Shown here: positions 45,778-55,800 of the stretch, piece after piece
How positions within the stretch are numbered: the stretch's first letter is position 1
Layout of the letters: each line of letters starts with the position of its first letter
Translations under genes and position numbers: made by a program
NCBI GenBank assembly: GCA_020350785.1
Contig: CP070722.1
Coordinates: forward strand, 4,020,692 to 4,084,030
Direction: 5' to 3'
DNA from: Gemmatimonadota bacterium
Lineage (GTDB): Bacteria; Gemmatimonadota; Gemmatimonadetes; Palauibacterales; KS3-K002
DNA length: 63,339 nt
The notes under the pieces: model-generated
Told to the model about the DNA's origin: nothing
The model's input: the letters and a program-made list of their open reading frames with translations, nothing else
The model's database searches: none

Positions 45778-46335
45778 GAGGCCTTGCCAGTAACATTGGC
45801 CACCTTCCGCCTCTGTATGTCGGCGGCCGAGGGCCGGGTGCCGAGACCGGTCAGGCATCCGGCCTCGCTAGTGGCACCCTCGCGACGGTCAAGAGAGCGG
45901 CCGCCAGCGAAGCTCCATAACTCCAGCCATCCCCCAATCCAAGCCGTGAGCCGTTAGCGGCAATACCATCTCGCAAGCCCGAACCAGTCGAGCAGTGAAC
46001 TGGGCTGCAGTTCGCGGGATCGATCCGGGCGCCGTCCCAGGTGGTGCGGTGGCGGCGGCAGAGGAGGCGTGCAGGCACGAGCGTGGCGGCGATGCTGCAA
46101 CGCCCCCGGACGAGGCGTCGATAGTTGCGCAGCTGCAACATACCGGGTCGGGAATGGGCGGCGAAAGCTGTTGCTGGGCGGGACGGAGAGCCGAATCCAA
46201 TGTGGCGCTTGAGGATAGCCCGTGCGAGCCGGCAGGCGCACCCCTGACCCCGAACGTGTACGAACCTTGCGTCCCCGCGAGGCGCTGGAGCAGTGGAGGT
46301 GGATACTTGAACGGAATTGGCTGGGAGGAAGGCAA

Positions 46336-49300
46336 ATGCTAAGTGTTGCAAGGTCTCAGTGGCGTCGGATCCTCGCGGTCCTGGTCGTGGCCGCAGTCTT
46401 CAGCTGCGGCGATGATAGCGGTCCGACCGACCCGACGACCTCCGCCTCGAAGCTGGCGTTCGGGGTGCAGCCGCCGAATGGAACGGCGGGGGAGGAACTC
46501 GCGCCGGCGGTGACCGTGCTGATCCAGGACGACGACGGGAACACGATCAGCGACGCCACGAACGCCGTCACCGTCGCGCTCGACGCGAACCCGGGTTCGG
46601 GAACGTTGTCGGGAGCCAGGACGGTCAATGCGGTGAACGGCGTCGCGACATTCGGCGACCTCTCAATCGGTGAGGCGGCGAATGGCTACAGCCTTCGCGC
46701 CACTGCCAGCGGATTAGCCGCAGCGACGAGCAGCACCTTCAACATCCAGCCGGCGGCGGCAGCGAGGCTGGTGTTCACCGTTCAGCCGTCGGCGGCGACG
46801 ATTGGCGCTGCCATCGCGCCTGCCGTCGAAGTGTCGATCCAGGACGCTCTGGGGAACTTGGTGACGAGTGCCACCAACCAAGTGACGATCGCGCTGGGCG
46901 CGAATCCGGGCGGCGCCACTCTGTCTGGGGCCAGGACGGTCAACGCGGTCAGTGGCGTCGCGACGTTTGACGAGCTGAAGCTCGATCAGGTGGCAAACGG
47001 ATACACGCTGACGGCGACGGCCTCCGGCCTGACGGGGGCGACGAGCATCGCTTTCAATATCTTGAGCGGCCAGCTGGCGTTCTCGGTGCAGCCGAGCGAC
47101 GCTGCCGCGGGAGCCGCTATCTCGCCGGCAATCCAGGTCGAGGTGCGTGATCAGTCGGGCAACCTGATCTCGGGCGCGAGTAATTCGGTCACGGTCGCGA
47201 TCGGCGACAACCCGGGAGGCGGAACGTTGTCAGGTGCCGCGACCGTCAACGCGGTCAACGGCGTAGCCACGTTCAGCGACCTGTCGATCGAGAAGGCGGG
47301 TGTTGGTTACACGCTGACGGCCACCAGCGCGGATCTGGTGAGCGCGACGAGCGAGGCGTTTGACATCGGCGGGGGCGCGCCGTTCCGCCTCGCCTATCGG
47401 ATCGAGCCGAGCGACGCCGCGGCCGGCGCGGCTATCTCGCCGGCGATCGAGGTGGAGATCCGAGACGAGTTCGATAACCTGGTGGGTACGGCGACGGACG
47501 CGGTGACGCTTGCCATCGACTCGAATCCAAGTGGTGGCACGCTCACGGGTACGGAGACACAGAACGCGGTCAACGGCATAGCGACGTTCAGCGACCTGTC
47601 GATCGATAAGGCGGGCCCTGGCTATACACTCCTCGCAAGTGCCAGTGGGCTGAGCGACGCGACCAGCGCCGGGTTCGAGATCACCGCTGCGGAGCCGACT
47701 CAGCTTGGCTTTTCGATCCAGCCGAGCGATGCTGGCGCCGGTATCGTGATAGCGCCTGCGGTCGAGGTGGAGGTTCTGGATGGCTTCGGTAACCGGGTGA
47801 CGACGGCTACCGATGCGGTGACCGTCGCCATCGGCACCAACCCGGGCTCGGGCGCGTTGTCGGGCACGAAGACGGCCAACCCGGTCTTGGGCGTGGCCAC
47901 CTTCGATGACCTCTCTATCGACAAGGCGGGCGTCGGCTACACGCTGACGGCGAGTGCCAGTGGTCTGACGGGCGACACGAGCGATGCGTTCGAGATTACG
48001 GGCGGTGATGCAACCAGGCTCGTATTCATCGTGGACCCCAGCGATGCGACCGCCGGTGAGCTGATAGCGCCGGCTGTCCAAGTGCAGGTGCAGGATGGCT
48101 TTGGCAACCCGGTCGGCACGGCGACGAACTCGATCACGCTGGCCATCGGGACGAACCCGGGCGGCGGCAACCTGTCGGGCACGATCACGAAGAGCGCGTC
48201 GGGTGGCGTGGCGACGTTCAGTGACCTGTCGATCGAGAAGTCGGGCACTGGCTACACGCTGGTGGCGAGCGCGACCGATCTGACCGACGGGGAGAGCGCT
48301 GGCTTCGATATCAGCGCGGCGGACGCGACCAAGCTCGCCTTCACCGCGCAGCCAGGCGAGTCGGAGGTCAACCTACCGATCCAGCCGGATGTCGTGGTAC
48401 AGGTTCAGGATCAGTTCGGTAACGTTGTTCCGGGCTCGACCCACTTGATCACGATCAGCATTGGGACCAATCCAGGAGGGGGCACCCTTTCGGGCACGGA
48501 CATGGAGAACGCCGTGGGCGGTGTTGCCGCCTTCGACTCGCTCGTGATCGACAAGCGGGGCAACGGCTACACTTTGAGAGCGACGGCGGCCGGTATCTCC
48601 AGCGCCACGTCGGCGAGCTTCGACCTCGTCTTCTTCTGGAATATGGTGGAGGGGGGTAACGAGCATGCCTGCGGCCTGACCGAGGGCGGCGCTCTCTACT
48701 GCTGGGGTGACAACACCTTCGGCCAGCTGGGCGACGGCACGAATCTCGACAGCAACGTTCCGGTCCGTGTGGCGGGCGGCCTGCTGTTCACCCAGGTCGA
48801 TGCGGCCGAGACGCACACCTGTGCATTGACCGCTGACGGCGATTCCTACTGTTGGGGCGACAACACGCTGGGCCAGCTGGGTGACGGCACGAACACGGCC
48901 AGCAACGTACCGGTGCAGGTCGCGGGTGGCCGGACGTTCGCCTGGATCAACGCAGCGAACCACGGATTCCACACTTGTGGAGTGACCGTGAACAATGCTG
49001 CCTATTGCTGGGGCGATAACGACTTCGGCCAGCTGGGCGACAATTCCACGACGCCCGCGAATACGCCGCAGGCCGTCTCTGGTGGGATCTCGTTCGACAT
49101 GGTGAGCGGTGGCCTCGACCATACCTGCGGCGTGTCCAGCAACGGTACGGGGTACTGCTGGGGCCGCAACTCGGCGCGCCAGTTGGGCAACGGCACCAAC
49201 ACCGACAGCTCGGTGCCGGTGGAGATCTCCGGCGGCCTGGTGTTCGCCGAGATCTGGGCGGGCAGGTTCCATACGTGCAGCATGACGACCGGCAGCGAGG

Positions 49301-49692
49301 CCTACTGCTGGGGCACTAACGGCGACGGCCAGTTGGGCGATGGCACGAACCTGCAGAGCGGCGTGCCGGTATTGGTCGCCGACAGCCACGTCTGGGAGTC
49401 CACGGTGGTGGGGGCCAACCACAGCTGCGGATTGGAGACCGGTGGCGTGGGCTATTGCTGGGGAGACAACGGCGACGGGCGCTTGGGTAACGGTACGACC
49501 ACGAGCGCGAACATCCCGACGCTGATCTCTGGTGGACTACTGTTCTCGCAGATCATGGGCGGCCGGGCGCATACCTGTGGCGTGACGACCGTCGGTGATG
49601 CGTACTGCTGGGGTAGTAACGTGGACGGCCAGCTGGGTAACGGCACCAACTCCCGCAGCTTGACACCCAGCAAGGTGAACGACCCGTTCTAG
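46336..49692 (+). CDS. Surface lipoprotein with seven Ig-like repeats and a C-terminal RCC1/BLIP-II seven-bladed propeller
   Basis: Lipobox VFS-C; seven ~104-aa repeats (L.F..QP....G..I.P.V.V..QD..GN ... GVATF.DL.I...G.GYTL.A...); seven H.C......YCWG.N..GQLG.G repeats. Start ATG 46336. Confidence 0.9.
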   Translation: MLSVARSQWRRILAVLVVAAVFSCGDDSGPTDPTTSASKLAFGVQPPNGTAGEELAPAVTVLIQDDDGNTISDATNAVTVALDANPGSGTLSGARTVNAVNGVATFGDLSIGEAANGYSLRATASGLAAATSSTFNIQPAAAARLVFTVQPSAATIGAAIAPAVEVSIQDALGNLVTSATNQVTIALGANPGGATLSGARTVNAVSGVATFDELKLDQVANGYTLTATASGLTGATSIAFNILSGQLAFSVQPSDAAAGAAISPAIQVEVRDQSGNLISGASNSVTVAIGDNPGGGTLSGAATVNAVNGVATFSDLSIEKAGVGYTLTATSADLVSATSEAFDIGGGAPFRLAYRIEPSDAAAGAAISPAIEVEIRDEFDNLVGTATDAVTLAIDSNPSGGTLTGTETQNAVNGIATFSDLSIDKAGPGYTLLASASGLSDATSAGFEITAAEPTQLGFSIQPSDAGAGIVIAPAVEVEVLDGFGNRVTTATDAVTVAIGTNPGSGALSGTKTANPVLGVATFDDLSIDKAGVGYTLTASASGLTGDTSDAFEITGGDATRLVFIVDPSDATAGELIAPAVQVQVQDGFGNPVGTATNSITLAIGTNPGGGNLSGTITKSASGGVATFSDLSIEKSGTGYTLVASATDLTDGESAGFDISAADATKLAFTAQPGESEVNLPIQPDVVVQVQDQFGNVVPGSTHLITISIGTNPGGGTLSGTDMENAVGGVAAFDSLVIDKRGNGYTLRATAAGISSATSASFDLVFFWNMVEGGNEHACGLTEGGALYCWGDNTFGQLGDGTNLDSNVPVRVAGGLLFTQVDAAETHTCALTADGDSYCWGDNTLGQLGDGTNTASNVPVQVAGGRTFAWINAANHGFHTCGVTVNNAAYCWGDNDFGQLGDNSTTPANTPQAVSGGISFDMVSGGLDHTCGVSSNGTGYCWGRNSARQLGNGTNTDSSVPVEISGGLVFAEIWAGRFHTCSMTTGSEAYCWGTNGDGQLGDGTNLQSGVPVLVADSHVWESTVVGANHSCGLETGGVGYCWGDNGDGRLGNGTTTSANIPTLISGGLLFSQIMGGRAHTCGVTTVGDAYCWGSNVDGQLGNGTNSRSLTPSKVNDPF
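46450..48627 (+). repeat. Seven tandem ~310-nt Ig-like domain coding repeats
   Basis: Recurrent DNA such as gtcaacgcggtcaacggcgt..cgacgttcagcgacctgtcgatcga.aaggcggg. Confidence 0.85.
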
Positions 49693-49760
49693 CGGGCCAG
49701 GGCGCGAATCGCGGTCGCGGAGCATAGCGGACCTGTCGGTTGCGCGGCAGTGACAGGTAG

Positions 49761-49799
49761 GACACGAGGGGCGGTGGCTTGGCCACCGCCCCTCGTGTC
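49761..49799. terminator. Bidirectional hairpin terminator between convergent genes
   Basis: gacacgaggggcggtggc-ttg-gccaccgcccctcgtgtc, a perfect 18-bp stem. Confidence 0.75.
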
Positions 49800-49836
49800 G
49801 ATGGGATTGCGTCCAGGGCCGACGTGAGCTTCCGGG

Positions 49837-52800
49837 TCAGGGTGTCCGAGCGACCCTCGCATTCAGCGCAGCGATGAACTTGGGGAGCGTCTTGAAGAGA
49901 TCGCCGACCACCGGGTAGACTTTGGGACGCTCGCGCCGCTGGTTCAACGTCATTAGCGGCGCCTGGGGGTCCATGTTGAAGGCGAAGATCACGGCGCGGT
50001 CGCCAACCCAGTCCAGGTGTTGAGGCGCGCCGGAGACGCCGAGCGCGATCATGACGCGCGGGTTCACTCGCACACCGGTCTGACCGATTTGATGCTCGTC
50101 GGGCAGCCAGCTCAGGTCCATCGTCACCTTGCGGGTGGCGCCGATCAAGACGTGCGGGGCGCCCAGCCGGATGAGCGTTTGGCGGAGGGGCTCGACCAAC
50201 GTCTCCAAGTTGTCGACCGAACCCAGACCCGCTCCCACATCGATGACGAACTCGGCATTCTGGAGGCTGACGACGCCAAGGGCCTCCTTGGCCTCAGCCA
50301 GCGCCCGGGCGATCCTGTCGCGCTCGGGGTCGTAGTCGAGTCTGAGCTGGATGGTGAGAACCTCGGCCTGCGCGGCCGCTAGCCTGCCGCTTTCGGCAGC
50401 ACTGACCTCCGGCTCACACCACAGAATACGCATACCGTTTCCGCGCGCTGGCCGGTGCCGCGTTGCCCGCAAGCGGCGCTCGTGTACCGGCCTGACAAAC
50501 GCGATGCCGTCCCCATCGCCGTAGTCCACACGGTTTACTCCGGGCACCTCCTCGGCGGACAAGCCCGCAGCGCGCAGCGCGTCCCCCAGAGCTGGCAAGG
50601 CATCGGCCAACCAAGCAGAGGTCAGCAGATAGTCGGGCCGCGTATGCGTGTCGGGCCCCAGGAGTTGGATCAGCGCCTCGGCGTATGCCGGCTGTGCGCT
50701 GCTTCCCAGGGCGGCATGCTCGGCGAAGACCAGTCGCGTCAGGGGCGCCAGAGCCAGGAGCTGCCCGGCGGCAGCTCGCCGCTGCGCATCGGATAGGGGC
50801 TGGCTGAGAACGAGAACGCTGAGCGGCGCATCGTTGTGGGCGGCGATAGACTCGGCCGCGGCCAGGGGCGCGCGGGCACTGCGAGCCAACTCCTCGTCCT
50901 CCAGCTCGGCGATGAATAGGACACCGCTCCAGTCCAGCGACTCGGCGGCGGCCTCTCGAATGCCGTCCCGATAGGGCGTCCCCGCAGTCGCCCTCGTGCC
51001 ATCGCCCAGATCGCCGACCTCGATGAGCACCGCGGCCGCCCGGTCACGGTCGACGCTGCCCGAGTCCTCGGCGCGCTCGATCCCGGCCGTGGCCGCCGCG
51101 CCTGCCAGCAACTCGTCCGACCGCTCGGCCTGCGCGGGGAAGGAGGCGACGTGGACAGGCTGTTCCAGGGCACGGTTGAACCCGAGTGTGTCGAAGTCCC
51201 AGTTCGAGTGTGCTCCAGTGCCGGACACGGCTCCCACACAAGGGAGGTCCAGGCGAATGATGTCGGGGAAGCGGTCGCTGGCGCAGGTGAGTGCGCCGCC
51301 CCCCACCCAAAGATCGGTGACCCCCGGTGCCCGCTGAAGGGCGAGCAGGTCGGCGAGCCGCAGGCCGAGGCGGCCTTCGCTGGGGCCATCTTCAGAAGCG
51401 CTGGCGAGCAGCAGATGCAACTCGATGCCGCGAGCGCGAAGCAGATCCACGATCGCTGCGGCCGCCGCCTGCTCCGAGTAGGATTCGCCGCCGGTGTCGA
51501 GCAGGATGGCTTCGTCCGCGCCTGCGGCCAGTGCAAAACGCAGCGAGTCCTCGGCGACCAATGGCGCTGCACAGACCAGGGTCACACGCACGCGTTCCGG
51601 CGCCGCTCGCTTCAGCTCGAGCGCCAATTTCAGGGCACGCCGATCGCCGGCGCTGAACTTAAAGACGTGTTCGACCAGGCGCCCGGCTTCGAGGCGCGGC
51701 CGCGGGGCCAGCGCGGGCGTCAATTCTGGAACGAGTACGATCTTGAGGTCCTGATCAATGGCGTCGCGAGGGACAGCGTCAGTCGTGGTCGGGGCGCTGG
51801 GAGCCGCGTCGGACTCGTCGAAGACGGTCTCGGCCAGGCGCAGCTCTGCCGTTCGACCGCAGGTTGTCAACGTCTCGACGTCGCGGTCGAAGGATCGCAC
51901 CAGACGCGAGAACTCACGACGCGCATGTGAAACGAATCCGCGTGCCGCGCCGTCACACCACGCCCGCCGTACGGCGTCTCCCTCAGCGGTCAAGTTTCCA
52001 GAGATCCAATCAGCGCGGCGGATAACGGTGTCCACGGCCTTGATCACGGCCACCATCCGCGACAGTCGGAAGAAGATCGGCTGTAGCAGCGCGCGCTGCC
52101 AGGCGGCACTCTTGTAGCGGCCGCGTGTGAGCTTCACGCGTTCGTGCAGAGCACTCAACATCTCATTGAATATTTCGATCTCACTCTTGTAAGGAGAATC
52201 GCTGACCACCGGGGCAAGGCCTTCGAGCTTCTCTATCGCCGGCCCGATCATATCGACCAGGTCCTTGAGAAGCAGGAACTGCTGGATCTCGTTCGTGCCC
52301 TCGTAGATGGTCATCACGCGCGCGTCGCGGCGGTCCTTCTCGATGCGGTACCTCTGCAGCTGGCCCTGAATACCGTAGAGCGGCTCCAGGTAGTGCAGAT
52401 TACGGTGCAGGCCATCGGTGCCGAACAGCTTGCCGACCGACGATTCGATGCGAGGCATGTCGCTCGTCTTGTCGTCGTAGAGGCCGATCAAGTCGTACGC
52501 CAATGACTCGATGACGAACATCTCCTCGAGGGCGAGGCCGAGGCGGTAGCGAGCCCAGCCCTGTGATTTACGCGGAAGATCCGCCAGGTATGCGGTGACG
52601 TCACCGATGGCCTGCTGAATGCTTGCAGCGGATGAGATACAGAGGCCGGTTCTCCCGACATTGAGAGTTTCGAGAGCGTTCTCTTGGCCGCGTCCCTCGA
52701 TCCCGATCACGCACTCTCGCGGGATGCGGACGTTCGTCAGAGTGATCTCGTTGGTGCAGGAGCCGCGCTGCCCTGTCTTCTCCTCGTCCTTGCCGACGAG

Positions 52801-55800
52801 GAATCCTTCGGTGAGGGCGTCGACCATGAATCCGGTCACGCCTACGGGAGTACGCGCGTAGATCGCCTCCACGGCGGCGATGTGGGCATTGGTGATCCAC
52901 ATCTTGGCACCGTTGAGCACGTAGAACTCGTAGTACTCGGCGCCGTCGCGTTCGCGGATCAGGGCCATGTCGTGGATATCGATGCGCCGGTCGCCGATCG
53001 TGAAATAGCGGTACTTTTCCTCGCCTTCGTCGTAGCTGAACTCCAGCGATTGGACCTCGGCGGGCTCGGCAGCATCGCTGTATCGGTAGAGTATCTTCGA
53101 GCGGTCGAACTCGAAGCGCTGCAACTCGGCGATGTTGCGGCGGCCTTCCTCCGCTTCTTCGTCGAGATAGAAGTACTTCACACCGTCGGCATCGGTGTGC
53201 ACGCGCCGCGAGTCGAGATGGGCATCCGTGCGTATGCGTGCCGTGTCGGATCCGGCGCTGGGCTCGGTGAGGGCGAAGGCCGAAATCGCGCGCGCCGAGA
53301 TGAGGCGAAGGTAGAACTCGTGAGCCAGCCGGCGGCGCGGCATCTCGGCGAGCTCGGCGGAGGCACGCTCCTGCCAGCCCTCGAGGGCGGCCAGCGCCTT
53401 CTCCAGGCCCTTTGCGAAGCCGTGGAGGTCGCCCTTCAAACCGGCCATCCCACCCTTCTGCCACGACGACAAGAACTTGCTGAAGACGACCTTCTTGAGG
53501 ATGCGGCTTCTGCTTAGCTTGCCGCGGACCTCTTTGTCCAGGGCGATGTAGGCCTGCTTCAGCTGCTCGAAGTCGGGCCGTTTCATCATCGCCAGGATCC
53601 TCCGGATACCGTCGGCGATTTCCTGAACGGCCGCCGGTTGGTCGACCGCCGCCTGCAAGTCGCGCTCGGCCACCTTGACCTCGTCGAGGCCGAGCAGCAT
53701 CGGGGTAGTACCGATGCTGTATGATGCCTGGATGGTCAGGGTGTTGCTAATGTCTGCTAGGCGCTTGGCTACCATGCAGAGGTTATAGTAATCGGCCTTC
53801 CAGCGGCCCTGGCCCCCGTATTCCTGCGGAATAGGCACGCGGAAGTGGCCCTGCTCCAGGCTCCAGTCGATCTCCTCGCGCGGGATGTAATGGAGCCGCT
53901 CGACGTAGCGCTCGAAGGATGGCTGCCATGCAGCTTCGACGTAGCGGCGACGAAAGAGCTGTAGGTACTCCTCGTATTGAGAGCGCAGCGATGTGTCGGC
54001 CCAGAGCAGCTCGGGCAGGTAGCGCCTCTCCTCCAGATTTAGCGGCTCGAGCAAGAACGCACCGGAACGATATCCGCGCTGGCCCCCCACGATGTCGCGC
54101 TGGTAGTCGAAATCCAAATCGTCGGTCGCGACGGGCGTGTCGGGGTAACCGTCGAGTTGGAAAGCCAGGCCGCCCAGCTCCACGCGGCCGGCCACCGCAG
54201 CCAGCTCATCATCGAGATCGACCAGGCGCTCTTCGACGAGATCGGCCCAGAGTTGCGCCGCTTCGACATGGCGCTGGGCCGGGAGCGCGCCCTCCAGGCG
54301 GCGATGGGCACGGACCAGAAGGCGAGCCCAGATGTACAGGCTCGTGGCCACTTCGCCGACGATGTCGTGCACGGCCTGGCGAGCGCTAGGGACGTCGGCT
54401 TGCTCCAAGGCCTGGCGCAGCGCGCGGCTGAGCTCCGTCTCGGCTGCTCGAATTCGCCGCGCCTCGAAGTCGAGTATCGGTTTGCGCTCCATAACGTCGA
54501 GGGCGGCGGGGATGTCGCTCGCGATGGTCCCCAGCAGCGGGCCTGCACCGGCCGAGAGGCATTCGCCGATCTCGATCTGTAAGAGGGGGTTCTCTCGGAT
54601 ATAGTGCGGGAGTACCGAGCTGTCGCGATAGATCTTTGAGAAGACGTCGTCTTCCGAGAACGCGGTGCCTCCGATGACCTGACCGGCACGGTAGGTGATG
54701 CTCGGCATATCGGGGCCGAAGATGGTCGTGACGGCCACCTTGCCCAGCAGCATTTCTAGAACTGGGTCGAGATCGGCCCAGGGCGTATCCAACAGGAGAG
54801 TCTCCAAAGCCAGGCGGCCGGCCTCGATGTGGGCGATGTGAGCGCGCACCGCACCGAACTTGCCGATCGCGTCACGGCCATCGACGTCCTGGAACATGTC
54901 GGGGAACTGGATCCTGCCACGGGCATGATCCACCGTGCGCTCGGAAAGCAATGAACCGGCGCCGTATGCGATTGATGCCACGTCGCGCGCGCGTAGACCG
55001 AACAGGGCCGCTTCGTCGGACGGCGACCAGTCCGCTTCCCACACCGGACGAGCACTTGCGAGGGTGACGCATCCGATTGCCGCACCCGTCAGGCCGATTG
55101 CGGGTGTCTGTTCGGTCGTTACGGCGGTGTCACCAAACTCGAATAGGGCGACGCGACCGCCGCCCCGCGCCACGATGCTCTCGGCGACTGCCAGCGGCAC
55201 AAAGGGAAGCTCGCCCTGCCAACCGTCAACCCCGGGCTCCGCTTCAACTTCGAACGCGACGGCCGTGAGCCGATCGCCGCTGCGGAGGGTTCTTAGGAGA
55301 TGATCGGGTGCGCCGCCGCGTTCAAGGGCTTCCACGCCGGCCAGGTGAGCGGCGACGATCGTAGCCATCGAGGAGTCAACCCGCGCCAGCTCGGCCAGCA
55401 CATCCTGGCGCGCCACGAACTGCCAACGAGCCGCCGCTTCGTGCTCGATGGCGCCGAGACCCAAGCGGGCGATGAAGCGCAGCAGTTCGATCTCTGCCTG
55501 CTCGAGAGTTCCACCGTGCTCGAGTCGACGTACGGCCAGGCGATCGAATCCGGCGGCCAGCCGCTCGCGCAGGGCTTGGCGTCCCGCTTCGCGCTCGGCT
55601 GAGGGGACCTCTAAAGAACGCAGCTCGGTTACGGGGTCCGGGTATTCTTCCGGGATCAGGCAGGCTCCGGCGATGCGTTCGATGCATGTTTTCATGCCCC
55701 GGAGATGGTGATCGCGTATTTGACGCGCGTCGGCGACTGCCGCGAAGAACCGATTCGCGCTGGCGTGCTGGCGCACGTTCGCCGTTGCCGCCTCGAGATC

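Noticed and set aside
45995-46342. 115-aa ORF between the serpin and the Ig-RCC1 gene
   Set aside because: Low-complexity, no RBS or motif; probably a regulatory gap.
46450-49680. CRISPR-like or mobile repeats
   Set aside because: The repeats are degenerate, in frame and ~310 or ~150 nt long, so they are protein domain repeats; no cas genes.
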